DNA of 63,896 bases, counting the filler, from Phoronis australis (Eukaryota > Animalia > Phoronida): NCBI GenBank assembly GCA_002633005.1. It is 6 parts of 6 records of this genome, joined end to end, with 100 filler letters (N's around TTAATTAATTAA, not from the genome) between each part and the next. Parts side by side here need not be neighbours in the genome. Positions count along the whole stretch, not along the records: positions 1 to 27,729 come from NMRA01000429.1; 5 more parts are not named here. One strand, 5' to 3'. The notes beneath the pieces were generated by a model, which did no database searches, was not told the DNA's origin, and saw only the letters and a program-made list of their open reading frames with translations. Both the position numbers and the translations under genes were made by a program. Positions 13,221 through 25,726 of the stretch are shown here, one piece after another (position 1 is the first letter of the stretch; each line of letters opens with the position of its first letter).

Positions 13221-13513
13221 TGTAGTAAATGTCGACGTCAGTCTCGGCTGTGGCGTCTCTATGTTGTGATGTCCTTTTGTTAACATTGTTGCGCCTGGTG
13301 CGACATCTGACGCCAGAAGAGCCCAGCCGAGGTCACCCTGCTATCATGTGACCGTCACCCTTCAAGACCACGTGACAAGATCGTCTGGGGCTTCTGGAGT
13401 TCGCTGCCGTCCTGTGCGGACGTGAGTATACTCCGGACTTTTTCTCTTGCACCGCGTTAATAGGCCCGAACTTGTGTGTCTGCTTTAGGCAACATACCCT
13501 TTTAAATACAACA
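13221..13513 (+). repeat. Putative 3' LTR (293 bp)
   Basis: Starts TGTAGTA immediately after the PPT and ends TACAACA. No second copy in the window. Confidence 0.65.
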
Positions 13514-16500
13514 GGATTAACAGCTAGGATAGGCTACCAGTAAGGCGCCAGACACAGAACGAATGAGTTTCTACCGAACTAGTACCTACCTACGGTATCG
13601 GGAGGGGTTTGAATTGAACAGTGCGTCATGTCCCGTGGTTCCTGCTCCCTCAACCCCCACAGCTCAGAACTTCTTCGAAATTGGTAGCAGTGCTTTTACA
13701 GTATGTCTCAACTTATGAAATCGCCAATGGCTTTCTCAAGGCTTACTCGGACATGCTTGATTTCATTTTTAAGATTTGATATCGTCCTCAACTACGTTGT
13801 TATAAATTCTTACTCTAGTAGGCTACATAGGATAGCTCTATCAACTTTAGGCTTGCATAGCCCCACGGGATCTGTAATCGTTTCTAATCTAATTAAAGAA
13901 CAGGTTAAGGTACAACACTTGTTGAGTCAATGTTTTATTTTTGGCAAACAAAGAGGAAATATTAATTTCATTTTTAAATATGTAATTTAATGAGTATTAG
14001 GTTTTTATTGTGGGATGTCAGCAGGTCTAAATATTGGTGACACTAGATATGGAGCACATCACTCCAGGGTTCTGTTGACAGCCTTTGAATTGTCTCATAG
14101 GGATGATTAGACTTTGTCTACCACCTATTTTACGTGCCCAAACTAAGTGATTGGTAAGTCTAGGACAAAGTGAAACAAAACTACTCTTTAAATTTTAGGC
14201 AGTGAATAAAAGTTACGTTACAGCCACTGAATTATTAGAGTTCGTCAGGGTTGCCTCACGGCTGGCCAGTCAAGAGCGTAACCGGAACGCAGGCATGAGA
14301 GAAATCAGTCACCGGTCTTCTCCCGCCTGCTCTCCGCGTAGCACTCACGCTTACCTCCGGTTTGGTTAACGCCTTCCTCACGCTTCTTTCGCGCGTACCT
14401 CACGTTTCCCTCACGCCTTCAGTAGCTGTTGTAACATACCGTGATGGTGCGCCGGGTTAACGAAAATATCATCTAGATCTGTGTGTGCAGTCATCCGTTG
14501 TTTTGCCATCTCATACCACTGGTTCCCACATACTCCGCTATTTCTCGTATTTGTCACTCAAACTAAGTCCTTTAACTCGTCTGGTGTTACATTTATGCTG
14601 TATGATTTTTTACTCTAAATCACGTCCCATCAAAAACATTCGTGGTGAGTAAAGACTTAAACCATTTGGTGGTCTGAGGTTAAGACGAACAAACGCGACC
14701 CTCTACACGCGACAGTCATGTTTACATGGCTGCAGGCTCCACAAAACTCATCACATCTGGACATACTTTTAAAATTCGCCCAATAAAATTGTTGTGATGT
14801 TATAGTTTTCTATGACGTCATGTTTTAGTGACGTCATTCTTAATTCCTGTAAATATATTTTACATTTCTTTTATACGTTTCTGCTTCTTTCTATTACAAA
14901 AACATAACAAAAATAGCCCACGCATCTTCACTTACTCTGTGGATTCTTAGACCGCACTCTTGGAACAGAAAATTTCAATCAACTCGCTTCTGCGGGTGAC
15001 GGCATGTACATGTAACATCTCCATCCCCTATTGCGAGCGCATGCTAAGTCCCTAACCCCTAGTACGGGTTTATTTCAACCCCATTCCCTTAGTGTTTCGG
15101 GCTTACGTAGTCCCGCGGAAATTCTTTACTCAAACAGTAATAGCAATCGCCTCTCTGATTCGTCAAATGGTCGTGATCACATTCTCCGCACGATGCTGAA
15201 ATTTGGCCGGATGAATGTGCGCAGAATTCACGCCCTATGCTCTGGCTTATAGTGAAGCCAATTAATTATTCCGTCATGCAAACGTGTGTCAACATTGTTG
15301 ACATGCTTATTTAAAAAACAAATGTATACGAGTGAGAAGTTAAGTCCTGAGGTCTGTTTCATGGAGTAACTTAAAAGATTTGAGAAAGGACTTTGGCCTT
15401 TTGTTCCACGTAAGGATTTCCGAATAATAGTTGAAACTCAGATAAGCAAAAATTTTTGGGAAAATACACATCACTGTTAGTTACATAGACAAATTTTATA
15501 ATTTAGTTCACAAATGTGATGCGCTTATAATTACTTCACTAAATATTTATACAGCAATCGTGGTATGCGTCAGACTGAGTGTCTATCTTTCAGTCATTTT
15601 CATGAAACGGACCAAGAAACTGCATATATCAACAGAAAGAGTTTGTAGTAAAAGACTATGGTGGAATGCTACACAAATGTTTTTTCAACAATTAAACGAT
15701 CTACTAGTATGCACGTAAATGAGAAATTATACACACTTAATAATAAAAGAATAACTGTCAAATGATAAATCCACTAATGTACAATGTTTCATGCAATTTA
15801 TTATATACCTATAATACATTTCTGCTAACTGCGTTGAAATAATACACAGTTTGCAGTTGCTATCTAAGATAACAAGAATAAATGTCAAATAATAAATACA
15901 CTAATCTACAATGTTTTATGCATGCTTTTGGTTTGTATAATGAACTACATTGAGTATTGGTCGTATAGAATATTTGCCCTGAGATAGCTGACGTGTACTA
16001 TATAATTGTCAAAGTTCTTACAGTTGTTAATAATCTAGCACTGGGAAATGTTTCTTGAATTTCGACATAGTACTTCGTTTAAATCGCGCTAAACGAGATA
16101 CAATAGGAATTGTGATTGTCCCGACTGTAGAGAAGGTAGGGAAACTCAAGCATGGCTCACGCCTGGCTTACGCCAGCCTGACGCCTGGCTCATGGTAAGT
16201 TCCGGGCACAGTCACGCTTAGGCTCACGCCAGTTCTCACGGTCAATTCTCGCCTCGCTCTCCAGTCTGGCTCCGGTTACCGTCACGCCTAGCCAGACCGG
16301 AGCCAGCCCGGAAAAAGGCTAATAATTCGGTGGCTAAACTGTACCATAATAAAGGTCAAAAGTCTAGCTATATGATTTCATGCACAGAAATCCCAAGTCA
16401 ATATGTGGTTTTTGGTTGTCAAATGCCAAGTATTTGTTTTAAGTGCTCAGTAATATCAAAATACAAACAGTGACAGTACTCCCTCGACAACCTCCTGCAA

Positions 16501-17637
16501 CTGCGACTTGGAGCTGCCGAAGGTATTCGCCCGCCCATCAGATGTTGGTATTACAGCAAAATACATGTATCTCACTCCTTCGTTTCTAGTTAACAAATCT
16601 CAATAATGAGGGTTTTGTTTAATTAAATTATTTGTAGACTATGACCGGTAAAACAAGCCTCAAACATCTCTCGTGCCTGACGTAGATTCTGTGCTGCGGA
16701 AGAATGCTCATCGTCAAGACTCATCCTTCGAGTGTCTTCTATCAAATTCTATTGTCACAAATTCCATGTAACAATGCATTTTTTCCCACAAGTCTGCGAG
16801 TTTTTCATTGTCTCTACACGTTGCGCCAAGGGCATATTGGCCCCTAAAATTGGTTTTTAAGAGTTGACGGGACGTGTATTGGACGATCTTTTGAAAGAAA
16901 GAGCCGTAACCAAACTTGCCAACAACTCCTACTCTGACGGTCAGACTATCATCTTACAGTTGATTACTGATTGGAAAAAGGTACTGTCTGCATTGTCGAA
17001 TGCCCATCTCTGTCTATCCTGAAAGAACAGCGTCATAGTCCCAGGAAGCACAGAAGTATTCGGTTTCAAGCTGGCTCACATCGTATACATGCCGCCGCTG
17101 TTCGACAGATGAGACTCTTCATCAGAGTCGTGAAAGTACGTCGAGAACCGTGCCTTACTTTGTGTCTTTCGTTGAACTGAATCAGTGTTGTTCAACGCTC
17201 TCATTCTCCAAAACCTAGATCTTGCGGAATAATTTTGATACGCCCTCAGCAGCAGGAACGTCGTTGCAGTTCAAGTCATGAAGTGCGGGCAACAGGTATT
17301 TTGGTGCCCTGAGAGTACGTATCTCTTTACACAGGGGCTTGTATCATTAATACTGAACGCCGCAAGAATCTTCGAAATGGTCTTCTCCACATGTGCCTCG
17401 AAGTGCGGTCGTTGGCTGGCCCTCACGCGGGTGCCCGTACAGATCTGTCTCCATGATTCTATAAGGAAAGACGCATTGTGCACAATCACATGTCAATTGA
17501 GATCGAGCTCGTCAAGACGAACCATAAGATAACATCAACAAATGTACAAAATATCAAATAGATCTGTGTCAAATTGTGCCAGTACTGCCAAATTAGAAGC
17601 ATCAGGTCAAAAAACAAAATACCAAAGGGAAAGTCGC

Positions 17638-17940
17638 TTATTTCTTTGCATGGTCAATGTGGCCTGCATCCTAGTCCACAACTAAACGGAGCCTTTTCTT
17701 CCAGAAATGCTTTTCTGTCTTTCTTCAATCGAGACTTCCCCCAATGACATAATTATTCTGTCTTTTAACTCCTGCTCAGTCAATTTGCCTCTCATTCCCC
17801 GGTAACCTTTCTCCTTCAGAGAGTCCCATATGGCATAATTCATTACATTGCGGTCAGGACTGAGCGGAGGCCACTCATACTTTTTGACAAGTTTTAGTGT
17901 GACGTCCTCCAGATGAGCCTAAGTTATCTTGCTCGTGTGT
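17638..17940 (-). pseudogene. Tc1/mariner transposase C-terminal remnant
   Basis: Manual translation: HTSKIT*AHLEDVTLKLVKKYEWPPLSPDRNVMNYAIWDSLKEK...KRLRLVVD*DAGHIDH. Matches the WPPxSPDLNPxD/E motif and C-terminal GGHIE-like motif. Confidence 0.8.
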
Positions 17941-18217
17941 GAAAAATCTGGAATTCTCATGATAGATTCGAGAAGGCTGAATTTCTGGTTTTTGTTTTAA
18001 ATTGCTCGAATTCAGTTGGTCAATTGCTTGTCAAAAAGTGGCTCACTTTTTGAGACACCACATGAACAGTGCAATACACAACTACCCATACAAGCGCGCG
18101 TATTATTCTATGTAAAAGGAGAACACAGCCCAACAAGAATTGCAAATATACTAGAACATTCTTAGTTGGAGGCGATAATTGCTTTGCACCTCTTCGACAT
18201 AGTCTCGATAGTCAGTG

Positions 18218-18676
18218 ATGGAGACAGAAACCAATAGAACCTTACCTTTCTTGGGTCTATGTGTAGTTGATAATGGCTCCATCAAAGTCAAGGGGCCCGT
18301 TCCAAGAAACTGACTTAAGTTCATTATTGACTTAAGTCTAAGATTTGTCTTAACTTCCAAACTTTGAAACTTCCATATCTGGTAAATTCATCAAAATTAA
18401 GCCAAAACGTACGTCAAACATTTAAATCAAGCTTAACATCTCTTTCTTGAAATAATTTTGAGACAAATTGAACTTTTATTTTAAAAGTTAGTAAGATTTA
18501 GGAATTGTCTTAGCTAAGTCAGTTTTGTTGGAACGGGCCCAAGATCTACAGAAAACCGACACATACGGACCGATACCTCCAATTCATCACCCTTTAAAGC
18601 ACAAACATTCTGTCGTCCGTACCCTCCTGGATAGATGTGATCGTTGCATCTCTGACTACCGAGACTATGTCGAAAT
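18218..18676 (+). pseudogene. Penelope-like element RT C-terminal remnant, split by a MITE
   Basis: METETNRTLPFLGLCVVDNGSIKVK|IYRKPTHTDRYLQF / HHPLKHKHSVVRTLLDRC, the typical LPFLD...YRKPTHT..YL...SHHP..HK region. Confidence 0.8.
18293..18540. mobile_element. PIF/Harbinger-type (Tourist-like) MITE, 248 bp
   Basis: TIR GGGCCCGTTCCAA, 3-bp TSD AAG. Removing it restores the Penelope reading frame. Confidence 0.85.
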
Positions 18677-21600
18677 ATGCAAATTATTTGAGACAACTTC
18701 AAACCTTTGTTACCCATTTTCAAGCCTTTTGATTTTTTAATCAGATGCTTTTAGTAATTATAAACACCGATTACAGATTCATGGGTCTGTCAAGCACATT
18801 TCTGGTCTAAGCCTGAGGGAACCGTTTCTCAGATTTTTTATTTTTCTTCTAATAGAGGATATGAAAACTTGGGTCACTTAAAATATGATGGGTAATCTTT
18901 CTGTTGTTCAAGAGTATTTAAAAATCTTAAGGCACCATTGTTTGCGTATTGGCAATAAGAATATGTTTAAATACGACCTCACTCGTATGTTCACATCAAA
19001 AATGCAATTTACATAAAAATGGCAGTCATATGAATTTATAAACGACTTGCAACATTTCAAGGCATGAGTGAAGACTGTTCAGTTGTTGAGAATTCAAAGA
19101 ATGTATTAGGTGTTTACAGTGGATAGCAACAGTCTCATGAAACGTGAAAGAGCTTCATGAACCCTATGAATTACCTCACCATGCTCTTCCCCCCCCCCCG
19201 GACACTATTACCTGTTATTTGCACACATTCATTTGCACCGAATTTTACAACCCCAACAGCCTATGCCAACCTCCCGCTAAGGACCTTAATAAGTAAATTA
19301 ACAAAACAACTTACATACCTGCATTCCCTTTTCAAAGGCTTTCTTCTTTGTCTCCGATATAGAAAGTAGGCTTTGACAACAGTTCTGCACTAGGTAGGAA
19401 GATGTTGCTGGTTAGCTGCCTGCAGTCAACCGCTTAAAACCAATTTTTGTCCATTCAGGGACGGTTGCAGAAGCGATGCATATCTCCTCTGCAAGGTACT
19501 AGCCCTAAAACCTAAAAACCAAAGGTCAGGTGAAAACAGACATCATATATTTCCATGCCAACGTGCAATAGATTTCCGGACGACATAGGTTAGGAAGTAA
19601 ACAAATAGTCTAATAAATATTTGTCACCTGCCCTTTGATGCTTTGGGCTTGGATTGTAATCTTACCTCACTAACAAATATCGAGTTGACTGCATAAACAT
19701 TCAGCATTGACTGATGTAACTGTCACTGATAAAACTGTTAGAAATCATTCCAGGCATTAATAATACTGCTTTGATATACGAAAAATCCCGAGCGCTTATT
19801 CAAGTATCGTAACACACATCAGTCATCACAACAAACAAGATTAACCGACTGGCGACTTCCGCGAAGTCGACATCGGCCAGTACCTCATTAACAGGTACCG
19901 TATCAGTATTGTAAACATGGAATAATCGTTAAAATAATCACGTTTGTATAAGGTCATGCTTACTTCCTCTTATAGACGCGCACTTTTCATGCAATCTCAG
20001 ATTCAGTTGGCACGGCTGCAAGCCATGTCACCATGTATTTAAAGGGCTTGCGAAATCGAGGCTGCTTAAGTGACCACTAGTACAACCTGTACACGCGCGC
20101 CCTCTAGTTATTGTAAATTTTCCGAATAGTCCCATTCTCACTGTTGTCTGTCAGAAATTCGCTGTAATAAGGGCCGGTGACCTCACAAGTAAAATGCGAC
20201 TAATATACTATACCATTTTGCAAATGAAAACTTCCTCTGACTTTAGAGCATTAGAATGCGATTGCGGAAGTTGTAAATTCAATTGTGCGCCGGGGTGATC
20301 TCAGGAAATCGCCTTTCTCTCCGAGAACGTCCCTTTAAGGCCTGCTTCAGACTGCGACACGTGCAAATTTGATTTTTCAATAGTTTTTGCAGTATAACTC
20401 AAATAATTATAGCTGTTTCACAAAGAAAAATCTGATAATTGCAAGAAACGGTTAGTCTCTGTTGACCCATGTATATTGTGAGCCAAGTACGGCACGTGCC
20501 CGATTTGTTAGGGTGACAACTCTTTAGCCAAGAATTATAACAGTAACTAGCAGCGAGTTGGACGTGGTCGTACTTGGCCAAATGTACACGACCTACGTCA
20601 CCGCGAGGAGATCCACGAGCACGCTGCACTGTAAGCCGTACAATTTAGTTTGTACTGTACGTTGTCTGTGTTGCGAGGCGATTTCTACATTTACAGCTGG
20701 TAACTTCTTTTTTCATGGTTTGGAACTCCCAATAATCATCAATTTGGTTGGTCAAAGAAGTAAAAGTCACGTAGGTAGCATGCGTGCACCTAAGGTTGAA
20801 CTAGGATGAGTACCCAATAGCGGATTTGCAGCGCAAACGAACTACGCATTGCGCATGTGCGAGTTACTTCTTGCGCGAAGGCTCATGGGTTAGCTTGTGG
20901 TCAGGCATGTCTTGAGCAGGCTGGATAGTGTGTGCATTTGGAGTGATTTGCAAACTAAAAACCATGTTTCATTTTTTTGCTTTATAATACCAAGCAAGTC
21001 CTCTCTCTCTCTCGTTCGTAAACACAACGTAGCTATGATCAGTGACCGTGTGACCGAGGGCACGACTGTCGTCATGTTCAGTATTGGGCCTATCGGCGTT
21101 GATTTCGAAATCTCGGCCTCCGATTTCAGACAAGTTGATAGTTCTTGGGTTGCTTAACTTTTGTAGCTTTCGCCGTGGACATGCTAGAGACGTTAATTTT
21201 AAGAGGAAACTCCGTCGGAATGTTGTTCTCATACGTCTTTTNNNNNNNNNNNNNNNNNNNNNNNNNNNNNNNNNNNNNNNNNNNNNNNNNNNNNNNNNNN
21301 NNNNNNNNNNNNNNNNNNNNNNNNNNNNNNNNNNNNNNNNNNNNNNNNNNNNNNNNNNNNNNNNNNNNNNNNNNNNNNNNNNNNNNNNNNNNNNNNNNNN
21401 NNNNNNNNNNNNNNNNNNNNNNNNNNNNNNNNNNNNNNNNNNNNNNNNNNNNNNNNNNNNNNNNNNNNNNNNNNNNNNNNNNNNNNNNNNNNNNNNNNNN
21501 NNNNNNNNNNNNNNNNNNNNNNNNNNNNNNNNNNNNNNNNNNNNNNNNNNNNNNNNNNNNNNNNNNNNNNNNNNNNNNNNNNNNNNNNNNNNNNNNNNNN

Positions 21601-21688
21601 NNNNNNNNNNNNNNNNNNNNNNNNNNNNNNNNNNNNNNNNNNNNNNNNNNNNNNNNNNNNNNNNNNNNNNNNNNNNNNNNNNNNNNNN

Positions 21689-22100
21689 CAGTTTATCGGT
21701 GTCGACCTGATCATATTTCCAGTTGGTTCGAGTGGTGTGTTGCTCTTTAACCGGTTTTTTAAGTGTTAGAGTGGTTTCGATAGTGTGGTGATCAGAATTG
21801 CCAACAGGAGGTAGTACAGAACATGAGTCAATGATACTCAAATTGTTTGTTATACACAGGTCAATACATGAATGAGAAACGTCGGTGATACGGGTTGGCT
21901 CATTAATTAGTTGTATGCAGTCATTAGACAATAAAATATCAAACAATTGTAGTCCGGCCGTATTGTCATGATCATCATTGTACCATGTAGAGTTTCGGGC
22001 ATTGAAATCACCATTTATGATTATACTAACGCTATTGCGGTTAAGTTCCGCTAACTGATCCGCTAGGGCTTTGAAGTAGAGTTTTCTTTCAGAAGAGAAG
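21689..22100 (-). pseudogene. CR1/L2-clade LINE ORF2 APE endonuclease fragment
   Basis: IIINGDFNAR...QLINEPTR....SCIDLCITN...GNSDH motifs; runs into an N gap. Confidence 0.88.
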
Positions 22101-22867
22101 GGTTGAAGACCTTCGGACGGCTCCAACTACAGTGGCTGTGCCTATTGGCAGTTTTGTTTTTGCTTTCATGGCTGTTAGTATCTCCTAAACTCTTCACAGG
22201 GTTTTTGTTAAATTGAATCAAACATATTCATATGGTTATCAATCAACAAATTGTTGTTAAATGTCACTAAATCTAAATACAGGCAATTCTGAAAAAACAA
22301 CGACAAATCAATTCCATACCATTCTATAAGCAGCCAAAACCTAACATTTGTTAAAACATTTGACATTTGACCACGCTATATCCACACGAAATAAGTGTCC
22401 TCATAACCCCTCTTCCCCTCTCCCCGCTCCCTCTCTATAACATGACTTTCTCATCTCTCTTTAACATGACTTTGTCGACTCTCTCTAACATGACTTCGCA
22501 ATCAAACCCTGGAGACCTTTTCGGAAATTCCTGGCAATTTGATTTAAATAAATTTAGGCATTTTCATTACTATTTAATGTACTGTTTAGCTTCAAATTTC
22601 GGCACTTTTCAAAACAGAAAGCTTTGCAGTCGTCTACTTCCTCTGTTTCCTCAACTTGTTAGCAGCCTCATTCCACAAGCAGTGTTTTTCGCACGTGCAA
22701 TCGAGTAACAAAGAATTTCAACATTTTGTCATTTATAACAGCTACAGGAAAATTGCTCAAAACGAGAACAGTATGCATGCATGTAAACAAGGTGGAAAAT
22801 GACATAACAAAATTGCCAGGTCGAAACATTTAGAGGGCCCACTGACTATTGCATTGCACTTGCCGTT

Positions 22868-23623
22868 CGTGTTCTTCTTGATGACGTAAGTTTCATACCC
22901 AGTCGAGACATTATTCCGCGTATCGCCCGAGACCGAAGGTCAAGGTCGATACGAGAAATAATGTCCAGTGGGATATTACTTTATGTACGCCAATCGAGGA
23001 ACGTTTTGTATTTATCCCATACGCTTCGAATTCCTAAGTTTCTTTCAGTTTTTCCGTATTTTTTTTAATGCTTCACTCTGACTGTTCACGTGGCGGATCA
23101 TATCTTTTAAGTATGTACTTGCGCGTTAGGTTGCAAGTCTTCTCTAGTAAAAGAAACAGTTCTAAATATAATGATTTGTTATTTTAATAGAGATAACAAA
23201 GATGAAAACAACGGCATCTTTGCATTGAACTTGTAAAATCTCCTGAAAATAGTTAAATAACAACGTTTGATATTGCCAAGGAATCGGTGCCTGAGTTGCA
23301 GACGCTTTAATACCCTGTATATAGAAAATTGAAAACTGAGACAGAACTGTCATATAATTAATAGTCCTGTTCCAGATGTTACAATTTAAACATGGTTGCA
23401 TGTTGAGTGGTATTTACGCTACTACAATTGTATTGCTTTAAGCTATTTTCCGAAAGTTTGATGATCTACGTGTAACCGGCTAACGATGTCGAGTCGACAT
23501 TGACCTACCTTTTTAACGTTCAATGTCAGAGGTTACTGTTGAAGTAGTGCGGGAGATGGATACGGAATACATTATTGCATGGCCGTATTTCCCTCGACAG
23601 ATTCAACGCGTATGGGATAAATA
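22868..23623 (+). mobile_element. Non-autonomous element with terminal hairpin plus inverted repeats, copy 1
   Basis: Homologous over ~750 bp to 41773-42543. Hairpin centred on CGAGACCGAAGGTC; IRs TATTTATCCCATACGC / GCGTATGGGATAAATA. Confidence 0.75.
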
Positions 23624-23689
23624 TGCGGTGATAAATGCCTGCTTTACTCATTGGTAGATCACAGCATTAGTAGTGTCCGACCGATCATC

Positions 23690-23977
23690 ATGTTTGAACG
23701 CAACTTATTGTTTCTCTTTTTTCTACTAGTGTGTTTTCAATTTAATTCCATGGTGACTCTAGAGATGAGCAGCAGATTTCACACGGAAAAGACATCAGCA
23801 TCAACGTGCCCGGGCAGTGTAACCGTCACAGCATCTTCTCTGATCGAATGTTCTCATCTCTGTTCGGTGGATCGCACTTGTGTGGCCTTCCTGTATGTCG
23901 GTAGAAAGATTTGCTCAACTTGCAATATTGTGGAAAAGATAGTTCCAAAGAACGGCGAAAATATTTTCGGGTGGCGG
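23690..23977 (+). CDS. First coding exon of a secreted PAN/Apple-domain protein
   Basis: ATG plus hydrophobic signal (LLFLFFLLVCF), then SLIECSHLCSVDRTCVAFLY...C (PAN-type CxxxC...C..F.Y...C). Phase-0 donor CGG|gtgagt. Confidence 0.65.
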
Positions 23978-24632
23978 GTGAGTACGTCCAGAATCTGAGG
24001 TCATGACACAAGTACTGCCAATATTAAACTTTTACGAACACGCCACTTGCAAAATGGGTTTATCTAACGCGCATTCTGCTTTTCGTCATCCACTGGGTCT
24101 AATTTCCATAGAAATGAAAATTTCTTTGATGGTACTGAGTCTTACTTACATTTTGCAAAAAGTCACCTGCAACTATCTCAGTAAATATTGAAAGTAGTCT
24201 CAAGTGTGTCTTGTTTGTTTTTGATGAGCCTTCCAATGTAAATATATAAACATAATTAGCCACCCTGATAACACTGAGGCAGCCACATTAGTATGGCAGA
24301 TAAATGGCATAACACTCAAATTTTAAGCATTATAGTACGATCTTCATTGGCCTGTGTGTTGGCGATAAGGCTGAGTGAATTGTTGTCTTGGGAGTAATAA
24401 TGGTTTAATAAATGCCACGAGGATTAAAAACCGACCCAGCAATTTATAATTTTAACATGCAGTTAAGTCACAAAGAAATGCTTCCTGTACGTTCAGTCAA
24501 CCTACCGGAAACAAATATTCCAGAGGCAATAGTTTTCAACGGATTTTCTAGATGGTTTCCAATACGGCGTCGAAGAAGACTACGTGCAACATTCGTTAAG
24601 TACATGGCGTGAGGATTTAAACAATTTAAGCT

Positions 24633-24642
24633 ACACACACGC

Positions 24643-24691
<49 letters not shown>

Positions 24692-24769
24692 NNNNNNNNN
24701 NNNNNNNNNNNNNNNNNNNNNNNNNNNNNNNNNNNNNNNNNNNNNNNNNNNNNGTGGGAGAGGGAGGGA

Positions 24770-24863
<94 letters not shown>

Positions 24864-24878
24864 GAGAGAGAGAGAGAG
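24633..24878. repeat. (CA)n/(TA)n and (GA)n microsatellites around a gap
   Basis: Direct reading. Confidence 0.95.
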
Positions 24879-25726
24879 ATACAGCTATAGCTATAGATAT
24901 ACATAAAGGTGCATGTATAGGTATATAGGTATAGATATTGATATATCATTTGAATGCATTGGGATAATCTTCTGATCCGCGACTAAAAACATTTACTTGC
25001 AATCGTAAATTACTTTTATTGGTCATAATTTGCAAAAAAAACTCCTTAACACTGTAATGATTAAACCTACCTACTCATCCTATAAGAGAAGAGGTAGGCA
25101 AGAATATACAAGGGGTAGTTTTACCTATCGATCAACACAACGACATTCTTCTTGGCTGTGTGTTGTTTTTATCTTACACGAATTTTTTGCAGGAATTCCA
25201 AGACTGTTCCGTTCCAGGTAGGCATGCATGCTTACTAACGCTACTTGAAAGATTAAAAAAAGAATGCATGGCACAGGGACGGAATGACTCGTAATGTGTT
25301 GTATGGTAATGTGAAGCAAGACGCCCAATGCGGGTAAAACGCCTACTGAATTTAAAATAAAACGCAGCCCCTCTCACGGCGTCCTTTTGAATGAAAAACC
25401 AGTGCCACCTAGAGTAACTTTGGACGGGACACCGAAGTAAACAACTGAAACATTTTTCAGGATAATTTAACACTTCTAAATTACGATTTTGGCTCGTCTG
25501 TACGCTCCTGTTAACAAGGTCTCAATCGTGCCTGCTTTGGCCTTTCATTTTACAACGCCTACGGTAGGAGTTTTCCCCCCGAGTAGGCGTTTTGCCCCTT
25601 ACACGAACTCCGGTACATCTGTGAATCTGTCATATAATGCATTATTTGTTTTTTCAACTAAAAGCTTTTTTGATGCTCAAAATTAAAACGATCGATGCAT
25701 TCAAATTATTGTTTTGATTTTGCAAA

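Larger units (their letters stand above)
10795..13513 (+). mobile_element. 5'-truncated LTR-type retroelement carrying a TatD nuclease ORF
   Basis: GC-rich intronless ORF, AT-rich 3' region, PPT AGGGAAGGGAGGAA (13207-13220), then TGTAGTA...TACAACA (13221-13513). Same PPT/terminus style as the complete LTR elements at 45571 and 46403. 5' boundary approximate; no 5' LTR seen. Confidence 0.65.
10301..16341. mobile_element. TA-flanked TIR element with CTCACGC subterminal repeats (two left ends, one right end)
   Basis: TA|CAGTACAGCCACTGAATT at 10301, TA|CGTTACAGCCACTGAATTATT at 14216, AATAATTCGGTGGCTAAACTG|TA ending 16341. Left blocks 10301-10545 and 14216-14460 are homologous. Confidence 0.6.

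Noticed and set aside
14216-14460. CRISPR-like array from CTCACGC repeats
   Set aside because: Repeats are 7 bp, irregular and subterminal to a TIR, with no cas genes, in a eukaryotic context.
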